Notes: generated by a model not told the origin, from the sequence alone. Shown: positions 39,691 through 52,445, counted from the first letter of the stretch. The stretch: 64,000 bases of DNA from Lama guanicoe (GCA_013239625.1 MU053629.1:1763567-1827566), one strand, 5' to 3'. Translations and numbers: made by a program.

Positions 39691-39701
39691 ATCCTCCTTA
39701 C

Positions 39702-39751
39702 CTTATGTTTAAACGGTAAACACCGCTGAAGTTTTACTCTTAAGCACAGCC
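39702..39751 (-). CDS. CIAO2A: CIAO2A exon 3
   Basis: (G)LCLRVKLQRCLPFKHK; 50 nt; poly-T/ccaccacag acceptor and AAG|GTAAGG donor; phase matches exon 2. Confidence 0.95.
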
Positions 39752-40899
39752 CTGTGGTGGAAAAAAAAAAAGCCCCAATTAACTTCTCTTAATTGGTTCT
39801 TGAAAAAGCATACAGCTGTGTCTAGGTGTCTCCATACATTATGGTACCTGAAAACAGCTTGGTAGCAACTTTAGATAAATTCACTCATTAAACTTTATTG
39901 AATGCCCACAACAGCCCAGGCCATGCAAATCCTCAAAACCAAGTGAGAGCCATTTTTAAAAAGGACCACAAGCAATCTCTCAAATTTGGAATCCTCTATG
40001 CCTGCAAGGTACAAATAGAGTTGTTTTCCTAAAACAAGCTCCTCTGAAGTTCAGTTTATCACAATGCTAAGTCACAGCTCAGTAATTTTTTTTCCCAGTT
40101 GAGACTTTTGAGAGAAATTAAAAGTCAGTTTAGAACAGAGCCTCAGTACCCAACGTTCCACTTCTCCCCCACCACAAAATAAGGAATATAACTTTAACTA
40201 AATCTACACCCCCAGACACAGAAGATAAATCCAACTGTGTTTATTATGAAGAGAAAGTGTTTCAGTAATGAGTTTTCGAAAAATAGAGTCAGAGTGAATT
40301 TCTAGTTCTCTGGCTTTGCAGGCATTTATTTGGAGCAATTTATTTCCTCTCCCAACTAATACATAAGGGCTTGTTTGCTATAAGAAACATTTTCTTGGTA
40401 TTTTGGCTTGATTAAAATCAACAATAACAAAATCCCCAAACCATCCCAACACAGCAAAATATAATTGTTACTAGAGTACCTATCTTAGGAGGAGGTATGA
40501 AATTAATTTGCTTTTGGTTTTCTAGGTACCATTAGGTTTTCTAACAGAATCATACGAAAAATTTCAGAAAAGGAGAAAGGATTAGATGAGCTACAATGAG
40601 ACTAGGCCCACCTTAGAGTCTAGAACACAGTAATTCCATAATAAATATTAGGGATTGCTAAAGAAAATATGTAATTTCCTAAAGAAGAGTATCTGCCTTA
40701 AAGCTTATCTGGAGGGTTCCCCTCCCTCTGCTCCCACATTGTTTCCTTTATTTGTTACTTGTGTTCCATTTGAGCATCCTCATGTGTTCTAGTCACTGCT
40801 GGGAGGTATTTTACCCATAAAGTAAATAACAACTGTTTTACAATTTACAGAACACTTTCTTCAGTTTCAGTACCCTCAAGATAGGCAGGACAGCATAAC

Positions 40900-41103
40900 T
40901 GAGACAGACACTTTGGGTTCAAAAGTGGCTCCACTGCATACTAGCTGTGTGACCTTGGGTGAATTACTTAACCTCTCTGAGCTTCAGTTTCCTCACCTGT
41001 AAAACAAGTATTATAATAGGACTACTATAAATAAACTGTTAGGCAATGTGGTTAAAACAGCGGTGACACACATTAAGTATCCAATAAATGTTAGCTATTA
41101 CTG
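40900..41103 (+). mobile_element. MIR SINE (near full core; followed by an oppositely oriented MIR to ~41230)
   Basis: CTAGCTGTGTGACCTTGGGTGAATTACTTAACCTCTCTGAGCTTCAGTTTCCTCACCTGTAAAA. Many other MIR cores occur, e.g. ~515-630, 2655-2790, 9320-9390, 21155-21240, 24790-24930, 32290-32490, 42440-42575, 43770-43930. Confidence 0.88.
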
Positions 41104-42211
41104 TTTTATCATTTTCGTTTTACAGCCAGGAACCAAGATAAGTGATATGTTCAACACTGCGTGGCTAACAAGTGGTAGAGCTGGAAGCTAAACCTAGACT
41201 CTCAATCCTAAACCCTACACATCGGACCACACCTGCCTTCAGCCATTCTTGTCTAAGTTAACATAAAAGATTATCAATTCGTTTCTCTGCCCTATCCACT
41301 CACATGTTTCAGTATTCCTTGATTTCAAATTACTCACCAGGGTCAATGTGGTGGGGAGAACCTAAGTAGTCAGGGTGGAACTCTTATTCAGGTGCCTTTC
41401 TCTGCTTAGTACTACCTGCTCATAGGAAATGCCTCCTAACACATCAGCCAGAAAGAGGGCTCTCTTCATCAAGGGTTCCATCATGTTGATAGAACATGAT
41501 TGCTATGATACATCACTAACCTACCCTCTAAAAAGCCACAGGTCTTAACTGAAACCTGTATCAAAAGGGCCAAAAAAAGTGGCAAAATTCCTTTCAAGAA
41601 GTGTACAGATCTGAAAATATCAACTATAGTCTAATCCTGGGACCTTTACATACAGTTATTTTTATTTCTTGTGCTCTCTCAATCTTTGTCCACATAAACA
41701 CAGTTTTTCAGTAACTGCATCAAAATGCAAATTCAACTTATCATTCAAGTATTTTCATACATTTACCAGATACTTTGATTCCTTGAATATATGCATCACT
41801 TTGAACAGAAATATGAAATTCCATGATACTGATGTCATTTCCTTATTAACAGATACTACAGTTTCTTCCAGGCTTCATTATTATAAATTTACTGTAAATG
41901 TTTTGCACACACTACTATTTTTTCTACAGAGTTATTTCCTTAACTTCTGGGTCAAAGAGTATAAACTTTTAAATAAGGATTTGCTAATATGTACCCAGAG
42001 ATTTAAAAATATTTATAACATATGACCCAGTAATCCCACTTACAGGAATTTATCCTGAAGTAATAAGCAGAGATAAATAAAAATATTTACGTATAAAGCT
42101 ATTCATCACAGTATTATTTATAGTTGGGGAAAGCTAGAAGTAATCTAAATTGGTTATTAAAATGATGACATATTAATGTGACTAGCATATAATCTGTATG
42201 ACCATATAATA

Positions 42212-42365
42212 TTTTATTTATTTATGTTTGTATTACTTAATTATTTTTAATTTGGGGAGGGAGGTAACTAGATTTATTTATTTTTAAAGGAGGTACTGGG
42301 GTTTGAACTCAGGACCTCATGCATGCTAAGCATGCGCTCTACCACCTGAGCTATACCCTCCCCCC
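42212..42365 (-). mobile_element. Vic-1-like SINE
   Basis: Reverse SINE body; 15-bp TSD TATGACCATATAATA at 42197-42211 and 42370-42384. Confidence 0.92.
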
Positions 42366-44007
42366 AGTATATGACCATATAATAAAGAATAGTATCTAAG
42401 GAGAAATAAAAAACATACCTCATCTATTTCATGCTTTCTATTACTTAATCCTTACAACTCTGCAGTTACTCATATTATCACTATTTTACAGATAAGGAGA
42501 CAGGCTCAGAAAGATTAAGTAACTTGCCCAAAGCCATAGAGGGACAGAGCTGATAGAGCTGGAATTTTAGCCTAGAGCAGATACTCCCTTTTTTTTCTCT
42601 AAGAGCACATATTCTTGTGGCAACTCTTTAAAATTTTCTTTACACTTTTGTGGAGTTTCAAAATTACTGCCAGCAGATGTTGTTACTTTTATTAATTAAA
42701 AAAAGAAAATAAATATTACTTTTTGATAAATCAACTTGCTATAGGCTCCTAAAGACAGGTAATGGTCCTTCTATTTAAGGACTTATATACCAAAGTATTT
42801 TAAGACATGCCCTTCACATCAGGATAGCAGCAGTACTTGCAATATTCGTTGATTCAGAAAATGTCCAATGACAAAAAAATAAATATGCATTCAAAAATGT
42901 TTTTTCTAACATTGGAATTTTATAACCATGACAGTATCTATGGATTCACAGACACTCTAGTCCCTCAAGATGTGGCCCATACGCTGGAAACCACTTATGC
43001 AGGGATTCCAGGTCCAACAAGTGAGAAGAGAAAGACAGAAATCACAACAGTAGCAGAACAATAATCACATATTTACCTTTTCAATCTTCTTTATAAACTT
43101 GTCTATATTTAAATAGATAGTATTCCCAATGTTCGAAAACTTAAAAATATAAAAAGGTATAAAGTCTCCCTCCCACCTTGTCCCCCATCTGACCAGCTCC
43201 CACCATCACTAATGCCCACCCCCTCATTTCTTATGTTTTTTTCATGATATGCCATCAAATATAAATGTATATTTTTGCCTTTCTTTACACAAATACAGCA
43301 ATATTATTTGTATGTCACAGAAATATTTCCATATTAGTACAAGGAGAGCTTCCTTCATTCTTTTTCATAGCTGCATACTACTCTATTGTTAATACACACT
43401 ATCATTGATTATTTAATTGATCTCCTACTGATAAACATTTGGCTTGAAATAAACTTTCTGTATCTTCTTTTTAACAAAGTGTATATTCAAAAGATACCTA
43501 CTGTATATCTTACTGCCAACTAATCCAACATACTGGGAATGCAGCCTCTCAGAAAGAAAACTACCTAAAAAAATACCCTCCCACCAGGACTTCTGCCCAT
43601 GCCACAGAGTACCTACAAGGAGAAGATGATGAGGGCAGAGTGCTAGTGTGACCACACCCATCCCAGTCTCCAGGACTGAGGAGAGGAGCTGGCCTGCACT
43701 CAGCCTCCACTGACTGTAAGCATGGACACCTTAGAGAAGCAGCAGGGTGCAACTAAAGGAGACACACACTTAAAGTCAGGAGAGCTGGGTTGGAGCCTTA
43801 GTTTCATGATTTCCTGGCTATATGATTCTGAGCAAGTCACTTAAAGTCTCTGAGCCTTAGGTTCCTCATCTATAAAATGAAGATAATATTAACTCTCACA
43901 AGCTAATCGTGAGAACTACAGAAACTATTAAACCATGAAGTGTGACAGATGATGCTAATTGTCATTGTGGGTCAGTATCATCTAGAATAATTTAAAATTA
44001 AAAAACA

Positions 44008-44096
44008 GCACACATGCTTAGCATGCACAAGGTCCTGGGTTCCATCCCCCGTATCTCCATTTAAAAAAAAAAAATCATCAAAGATACCCTCCCCAA
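44008..44096 (+). mobile_element. 5'-truncated Vic-1-like SINE
   Basis: CATGCTTAGCATGCACAAGGTCCTGGGTTCCATCCCCC plus an A-run; the A box is missing. Confidence 0.8.
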
Positions 44097-44162
44097 AGTT
44101 AACTAAATTAAATGGTTTTTAAAATTTTTTTAATTAAAATATATATGGATATAAAGTCTTAC

Positions 44163-44327
44163 CAATAAGAGTTGCCAAAGAGCAATGAGGTACTGTTGGC
44201 GTGAACCTGATAATAACCAAATAGTCATCTTCATTTCTCTCCTGAACCTCCACACAACTTTCCGTCACCACTTCCAGTTCTTCTAAAGTATTGGGCTTCT
44301 CTGGGTCCCGGATAGTTCGAATCAAAT
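44163..44327 (-). CDS. CIAO2A: CIAO2A exon 2
   Basis: (D)[54 protein letters not shown](G); DUF59/MIP18 motifs DPE and TPTxPHC; 165 nt; ttctttag acceptor and GTAAGA donor. Confidence 0.97.
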
Positions 44328-45314
44328 CTAAAGAATCGTCAGAGACAAGGTTTTATGTTAAAACATGAATATACTGAATACAAATCCTTTTGCCAGTCCT
44401 AATCCAAACACTGACTTCTTTTTGTCTGAGCAAAGAGTACAGCCACTCCCCAGATTTCTGAAGGAAATTTCCATGACTAGTCTCCTTTTGAGAAAACCAT
44501 TTTCTCAGATTATTATTAGATCATGTCCAGTTTCTTGGATCTAAAATTGCAGAGAAAATACAAGAACGGGGAAAGTGTCACAGAAGTTCAAGCAGAAGAA
44601 ATAACTTTTAGTTTGGGAGAATGTAGTATCAGGATTCATGGAAGTGGAACCTGCATCAAGTCTTTAAAAATGGGTAACATTTCAATATTTGACATTTAAG
44701 TTGAAGGAAAGTAAAGAACAAGTTTAGTTCACCAGGAACTCAGCCTAAGTGAAGAAGTTATAAAAGTTTGGGCCTAATCATCAAGGGTCTTTTAGGGCCA
44801 GCCAGAGGCAATAGGATGTCCTCAAGAGGTTCTGAGTAAGTGACTGACATGGACAGCATGACCCTGTCAGCTGATAACTCATCTACCAGAAGGCAGACTC
44901 AGAACAGAGGAGCAGAGCCAGGGATACCAGCTGAAAAACAACAACATGACTGACCATGATAAAAGAGAGGAGGGGACAGATGAAGTAATTTCAGAGGCAG
45001 AATCAACAAAATCAAACACCTGTTTGAATACAGAAGACAAGGAAAAGGAGAAAAGGAATGGCTCAGATTTTAAGACTAAGTGTCTGGGAAAATAAAGATA
45101 GAATGGGGAAAAAAAGGACAGAAAATATAAGAAGAAATTTGGGGAGGGGAGAGCTGCAGCAAATGGATTACATTCTGTATGTAATAATTCTGAGATGCTT
45201 AAGGGACAAAGCAATGGGACATTCCAGCAAACGCTGATCTGTGGTGAGGTTTAAGAGAACCAGCGCTAGAGGGGTTGTTGAATTCATGGGATTCACAAAG
45301 AACAATAAGCAGAC

Positions 45315-45500
45315 CAGTAGTCTAAAACCTTGGCTGAACAGCAGAATCATTAGAAATGCTTTAAAACAAAAGCAAACACTGATGTGGGAGTCCTACCCTC
45401 AGGGATTCTGATTTAACTGACTCATAGTACAACCTGGTCACTGAGACTTTTAAAAAATTCCTCAGATTAATCTTATGTGCAGCTCAGTTGGAGAATCACT
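45315..45500. mobile_element. MER5A-like MITE (similar copies at ~265-425, ~22128-22290, ~26135-26270)
   Basis: CAGTAGTCTAAAACCTTGGCTG...AGAATCA...GGATTCTGATTTAA...GCAGCTCAGTTGGAGAATCACT. Confidence 0.72.
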
Positions 45501-47869
45501 AATGTAAGGGGGAAAAGACCCAAGGTTTGTGGGAAGTACCTTATTTAGGGATCAGAAGGAGGAAGAAAAGCAAAAAGAAGCAGAGAAGGAAGAGGGGGGT
45601 GGTTAACAACATCAAATGCTGCAGAAAAATTCAGGTTAACGAGAGGTAAAGCGGGTCTTTGATCTGTTACTCAGGAGGTCACCTGTAAGAAAGCATTTCC
45701 AGTAGTGAGGTGAAGGTGGAAGCCAGCTCCCAAAAGAGTGAGTAGGACCTGAAAATGTAATCCGAGGGCTCAAGAAGGGAAAGAGGGAAGGGCAAACAAG
45801 GGACAGTGGGTTTTGAAAAAGCTAGAACAATGACAGGGATAAGAGGAACTTGAGTATCCTTTGCAGCCCAAGGGGAAGGATCAAATAGAGGAAGAGAGAC
45901 TGAAAATTTATGGGGGGAGGGTGAAGAGGAGGCCAGTAAAATTAGCAGAAGAGACTGAGACCAAAGATATAGGAGTCTGGGTTGGCCTTGGAGAGGAAAA
46001 GTTTCCCTTCTTACTCTGAGGTTGTAGAAAAAGATCGAAAACGAGAATGATAAAGAGAAATGGTGAGGTAGAAAGAAGCAGAGGGAGTTCACATAAAATG
46101 GGCTTTTTGTTCTCAAACCCGAGGTTTTGTTCTATTATTTAGAGCACCCCTGTAATCAGAAATGCAGCTGGGAAAAAACAAGTCGAACTCTGTCCTCTCC
46201 CCGGCATCCTCTGGGCTTATCACTCGATTAGAAACAGCATTTGAAAACAGAGGCAGGAAAAAGAGGATAAGGCTCTCACAAAGCTGTGAAACATGGGGTT
46301 CAGGGAAAGAGGGTTTTTTGAAAAGGAATTTGCTCCCCCTCATCCTAGTCCTTTCCCTGTAAGACTTATATACACAAGCTGCATTATGTTGTTTATATGC
46401 TACTTAATCCTGAAATTTAATCTCACCCCTTATTAAACTTCTCTACTTTTCTAGTGATTTGGATTTATTTCTTTAGAAAGAAAGCAATGTTGCTCTCCTC
46501 ACATTACTCCCTTGACTAAAATCCTTCTACTTGCTCTGCACTGATAGTAAATTCTTCATTTATATTTAAACTTTCAGTATGCAATTCCAACCTACATAAA
46601 ACAATTTTTGACCACACCTCCACCGTTAACCGCAAACCCTATCCTGTAGCCCCGCCTACCTGCATTCCCTACACGTTATTTTCTCACCTCCGTAGTTTTT
46701 CTCTGGTGTCTTCACTTAGTGTGCCCTCTACCCTTTATATGTCCAGATCCTCCTAATTTTTCAAGGCTCAACTCTAGTGACTCCTTCTCCTTAAAGTCTT
46801 TCCAGATCCTCCAAGAGATTAGTGTCTCTCCTTCCTCTGAATTTCTGTATCTCGCATACAGGTCTATGGCCTTCTACTGCATGTAAGTTTTAAGAATTCA
46901 ATATAAGTTTGAGGACAAGAATTATCTCTCCTCTAAAGTTGCACCTCCAGTGCCCTGCTGCCCCTAGATGCTGGAGATAGAGGCCTAACAGGACAGGAAT
47001 GTGTCCATCTGCTTCGCAGAGATCATTCCACTCATATTTATCACCTGACTGAGGTTGATTAAGTCTTGCCCCTAAAAGGAGGTAAACTGGATTAGCTTCA
47101 AAGGTCTTTAACATCCCAGGCTTTTTTCTACTGGTCTATAATCCTTACCTCAACATTTGTTTGCTTGCGGTTAGATTTTTACCCTTGGGCAGCAGAAATC
47201 TCTGAACATTAGTTAGATCCAGTCTTTCTAGTTTTCAAAAGCAATACTAGTAAGTCCAAAAAAAGGCAAGTCATAAAGCAGTTGTGAAGTGATGAAAAGT
47301 GCACTAAGTTTGGAATCAAGAAGATAGGGGCTTTGGTTTTTGCCCTCTCCTTGCTGGCAGTGTGGCCTCCTAGTAGTTGTTTAACCACTCTAAACCTCTG
47401 TTGCCTCATCTATAGGATTAGATGGTCCCAGGGGTTGAATAATGGAAATATATATATATATTTTTTATATATATTTACATATATAAATAACCGTATGTGA
47501 GTATCCCTTTTTTGCACTCCAGGCTTGGGCTTGGCTGTGTTAAGGAATCATAAGTTCAAGCCAGACTCTCAGGGACCTCTGCCTACTGCCTCTGCAGAAG
47601 AGAGTGGCTGTGACCTTGGGCCAGTCCCCAACTCAGCAGTGCCCTCGGTGGTGGCAGGAGGTGGAATTTGGGTCTAGGGGCAAGGCACAGGAAGAAGACT
47701 CAAGTAGTGCAACCAGGCCGGCTTTGCTTCCAAACCAAGCACCCTGGACGCTTGCTCTGCCCAGAAGTCTTGAGATGGCCACTAGAACGTGGGGCAGACA
47801 AGAGAAATGAAGCGTCTGAGACCAGGATCGTCTTGCCCCAAGTTTAGCAAGAGCCCAGGTTCTTGAAAG

Positions 47870-48800
47870 ACCCACATGCCCGCGTGACTTAGCACCCCGG
47901 AGCAGAAGCTTCCCACGCTCCCGAATGCCATCTGGCAAAACCCCGGGATTCCATAGGCACCCTTCAGGTGAGGCCCTCGTTACCCCCGCCTCCACGTAAA
48001 CCGCCAAATGCTGCCGTGGGTAAAATTAATTACCATAAACCTCTAGCGCTTTCTCTTCCATGATCCGGGGCTGCCGGGCAGCTCCCCGCTCAAAGAGGCC
48101 CGAGAGCCACAGGACTCTGCTCAGCGTCCAGGAGAGCAGTCCCGACACCCGCTCCATCCTCACGCTCCGCCATGCCTGGCGACTGTCCCACCCGAGCCAC
48201 CGTCTCTCAGTAGCCGAGCCTCGCGATTTATCAACTTCCTGGTCTTCAAATGGGCCAAGACAAGCCTAAAGGTCCAGGAGAGCAGAGAATAGGCGCGACC
48301 GGACGGAGCAGCACTGAGAACCCAGGGAAGGGTACCGCAAGGACTACAAGCCCCAGCAAGCTTTGCTTCGTTTCGGCGGGACAGAAGAAAAAAATAATCC
48401 TAGCGGCACGTGAGGCGCGTTGCATGCTAGGACATATGGGCGTTTTCCTCGGAAGACGGAGAGCTGCATTCTGGGACCTGTAGTCTCCGCTTGTGAAAGG
48501 TGAGGCAGGAGGTAACGGCCTGTTACCCACCACTAATTCCCTCGCTTAGCGGCTGGATAAGCTCAAGATGAATTATGAAGAGGTAGGGGAAAGGAGATCT
48601 TGATTTCTAGTGCTGGAGGAGCTTGGGCACGGTCTCTTCCTACTGTTATTTCTCCGAGGGGGCCGCTTCCAGCCCAGGTTTTCTTACTTCCTAGTTAGGC
48701 CGGAAGTGAGTTTCCGTTGCTGTGAAACCAGTAGTCTTTGGAGCGTAGTAAGATTAGTTAGGCGTGGAAGGAGGGGGCGGTTCCTTTTTGGTTTTCTCGT
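47870..48800. promoter_or_regulatory. CIAO2A CpG-rich promoter
   Basis: CpG-rich. ZNF143/SBS-like motifs at 48343-48361 (+) and 48465-48484 (-), E-box CACGTG at 48407-48412, ETS/GABP CCGGAAGTG at 48700-48708, TCGCGA at 48221-48226. Confidence 0.8.
48034..48157 (-). CDS. CIAO2A: Cytosolic iron-sulfur assembly component 2A (FAM96A/CIA2A), exon 1 CDS
   Basis: [41 protein letters not shown]+G; 124 nt; donor G|GTAATT at 48033. Confidence 0.95.
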
Positions 48801-49849
48801 CTCGTAGGGACTCAGACCAGCACAACTTTCCTACCACCGCTAAAAATTTCTGCCAATCGCCTTCAAAGAAAACTTAGAGAGAGCTTTCCCTGTGTCCAGT
48901 GAACCCAATAGTGACATTGGAGATCGCCATCCTAAAAAGAACGTCTTAAGCTGTCTGGAGTTGGTGGCTGTTATGGATGCCAGTAACAAGTTTGATGATG
49001 TCAATTTTATCCATCCATCCCTCCAGTCAAATCTCAAACATTTTTTTGGATAATTTGCCAGACTTGGCCTACAAACAAAGGAAACAAAGAGGCCCCTGCC
49101 CTCAAGCAGCTCACGGACCTGTAAGGGAGCCAATCCCTGATGTTGAGAGATTTGCAGTTACAAGCAAACTAAACGTTTTTGATGCCAAGTTTCATAGCAT
49201 CTGAATTGAAAGGGAAGTCAGGATTATCTTGCTGAATTACCTCATGACAACATCCCACTTATCGTTAAAGGTAAAGTTTTGTCTAGCTAATTTAGACTTT
49301 AGGCTCGCCAGACAACCAGTGAATAGTTTAGGTTCCAGGAAAATTTTGTTCAGAGTTTAATAATTCCCCTGCCATCTGTTCCACTACACTTACTCCACAG
49401 CAGTTGAGAGGATGATCCTAACTTTCTTGCGACCAAATTTACGACGCTAATGTCTCACCGCTCCCTTGAGGACTCCCGACTTCTCCAAGCAGAACTGATG
49501 ATCTCTTTCACTATGCTCCCACAGCACATTATAGCACTGAATATGTTGAATTGTTAATTTACATGCCTGTCTCCTCAAGCGCCTAGCGGACCAGGAGCAT
49601 TTTTATTTCTCTATCTCAAACGCGTAGCAGGTGCCAGGCACGCAGTAGATGCTCAATATATATTTCTTGAATGAATTAAATGTGAAAAGAATAAATGGCA
49701 AAACTTTACTGCATCTGTTCAGAGACTCCAATCAAAAATATTTATTGAATTTCTATGAAGCCACTGTGCTTGGCATGGGTAGGTGGCATGAAAAGGTTTT
49801 TAGCCTTCTTTATCCATCTCCTTAAGAAGCCTGTTAGATAAAGCTACCC

Positions 49850-50570
49850 AACGCACAAAGAGCCCTATGAACCCGAGCGGCCCCTAGCTCCTCCTCTTCT
49901 GCCGCTGTGCCTCCTTGGTTAAGAGCGCAGGGTCGCGATTCTGCGCTCGGATTGGCTGGGCAGGAGCCGCGGGCCGGCCCCGCTCCGCCCCCAGCGCCTA
50001 GGTCCCGCCCCGCGAGTCCCGCTGGGTAGGTAGCTGCCATCCCCCTCCGCTCGGCTGGAACTGTTTGCTCGCGGCACTATCTCTCTATAAAGTTGTTGTT
50101 GCGGCTTCCGCCGGGGGTGGAGGAAGATGGCGTCGGGTGGTGGTGGCTGTAGCGCTTCGGAGAGACTCCCTCCGCCTTTCCCCGGCCTGGAGCCGGAGTC
50201 CGAGGGAGCGGCCGGGGGGTCAGAACCCGAGGCCGGGGACAGCGATACGGAGGGGGAGGATATTTTCACCGGCGCCACGGCGGCCGTGAGTTCGCACCCT
50301 TCGGGGCAGGCAGACGGGCGCCCCAAAAGGAAAGAAGAGGCTAAGCGAGGGTCGGGGAGGCTGGGCATAGTGGGCCTGGCGAGATCTTACGTTGGTGACA
50401 GTAGTCGTGGCTTGGGTCCTGGATGACCACCGAGACGTAGGGCCTGGCTTCCCGGCCGCTGGGCGGACGGTGAGGAGTGAGGGGTGTGGTGGCCTTTCCG
50501 TGGAGGTTCCTGACAGCAAAGAGCCGCTGAGGCCGGCATTTGTGATGACCCCACGAACCCGCGGGGCTGT
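49850..50570 (+). promoter_or_regulatory. SNX1 CpG island promoter
   Basis: Reverse CCAAT (ATTGG 49951-49955), GC boxes at 49985-49990 and 50005-50010, TCGCGA at 49933-49938, YY1-like AAGATGGCG over the start codon. Confidence 0.85.
50127..50285 (+). CDS. SNX1: Sorting nexin 1, exon 1 CDS
   Basis: [53 protein letters not shown]; 159 nt; strong Kozak aagATGG; donor GTGAGT at 50286. Confidence 0.97.
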
Positions 50571-52315
50571 TTTGCTGGTGACTTCCTGCCAGGTTGATTT
50601 AATAGATCAAGAGGATGGGGTTCGGACTTTCCTTCCCCTCGCTTCGCTGTTACAAGGATGAATAATGTTATCTGGAGTGGCCCAGGTTTGTGACCCGGGC
50701 ACAAATCCTTTCGTTATCTCAGTTCTTACGGGTAATTACTAAAGGCCCTTTCTGAATCTTAGTTTATAAGAGTTAGGTTGACTCCTTTGATCTCTAGGAA
50801 AATTCTGCCAGAGATCGGTTGAAAAAAAGGCCTTGCCAGATAAATCACTACATAGACCGAAAGCTCTGTCCCTTTTAAAGGGATGTGTTAAAGTGCCTAA
50901 GTACCAAAGTGGGAGCAGATCTGTAAATGTGAGGAGGAAATGTTGTTTCCCATAGTAATATCCAGGTTTTTAATAAGAGTTAGGTGTTGGGGAAAACCAA
51001 TTTTTATGAGTGATATGTGGAAGTCTTATCAGTTCTGGAACCAGTGGAGGTGTTTTGGGCTGTTTTGTAAGTATACTGCCTCATACCACTTGGTAGTTAG
51101 TTCAGGCTGAAAATTTCTGCAGTGCTAGGTCCGAATTTATGTATCATTCTGTCTTGGGTGTGTTTTTCTTCATAGTAGCTACTCAGTATATGAATGACTA
51201 AATAAAACAGCTTTAACATTCTTTATGCAAGCATGTGTCTGAAGAATTTTGAGGCTTGTCTGTTTATGTTAGAAAAAGGTTAAGTTTCTTGGCAGTAGCT
51301 TCTGTGACATCGATTAGAATTTTCCCTGTACTGTATGTAGGAGTTAAGTCCATGAATCCCAGCTCAGAAAGTACTTGCTGATGCTAATATAACAGCTCAA
51401 ACTGTCCGATGAAGTCTATAATTTTGAGAAATAACTCTTGCTGCTAATTTAGTCTTTCTGTATCCCGGTTAAAACAAATCTTTAGTCTATTACTTTAGTA
51501 ACTTTCTCATAAGCCTTGGAGAACAGCTATTGTTGATAACTGCTGGGAAGGTAGATATTCAGAATCAGCATCTGAAAATAGAGACTTTCGCTCTGAAAGT
51601 GATTGATCACATAGGCAAATGTTGATTTATTTTCCAAAAAGGACTCTGGAAGGTTAAGGAGTTATTTTCTAGAGTTCTCTAAATAAGTTCAAGAGATTGT
51701 GATTTGATTGACATCACCAGATTACTTCCCAGAGGCCTCAATACTTCTCTCTCTCTCTTACAAGACAGTGAAAATACTTTGCCCAATTTCAGCTAAAGGG
51801 AGGAAGAAGGGGTCACAATAAACTTGTTCTACCCCAGAAAGCCAAATTATTTTTATTCAGATTTTGATCCAGGAAAATTGAGTTGGTGAGAGAACTAAAA
51901 TATCACCTGTAAACCACTTTTTTTGGCAACCTGTCCTGATGTTAATCTTCAGGAAGCCAAGATCTTAAGATTCCTTGCTAATCAGGCTGTGAATTTCTTG
52001 TTAAATACGCATTAATACAAATGATATTCCAATAAATGCTTTAGTTGTAAGCCTGTGTAAGATAAGGGATTGCAGTGCTTCAGTAGCTTAAGGAACAAGA
52101 TTGAAATATAAAGTAACTAAGAAAGTGGATTTTGAAGGCACTCTGTTAGGTGCTGGCTTAACCTTGGGCAGTGTACTTAATTACTCTGTACAATTTCCTC
52201 ACCTGTAAAATGTGAATAATAATGGTATTTACCTCCACCATTATTCTGAGAATTAAATTAGAATACCTGTAAAACACTTAGAACTTTTGTAAACTAGAAT
52301 TACTGTAAGAATCAA

Positions 52316-52445
52316 GGGATGTGGGAGGGTATAGCTCAGGGGTAGAGCAAGTGCTTAGCATGCAGTAGGTCCTGGGTTCAATTCCCAGTGCCTCCATTAA
52401 AAAAATAAATTAAAAAACAAATCTAATTACCTCCCCCCAAAACTC
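52316..52445 (+). mobile_element. Vic-1-like SINE
   Basis: SINE body; TSD TAAGAATCAA at 52306-52315 and 52446-52455; adjoins a MIR. Confidence 0.9.

Noticed and set aside
50086..50091. TATAAA upstream of the SNX1 AUG
   Set aside because: It is only ~35 nt before the AUG in a CpG-island promoter, which would leave a very short 5'UTR; it cannot be called a TATA box without TSS data.
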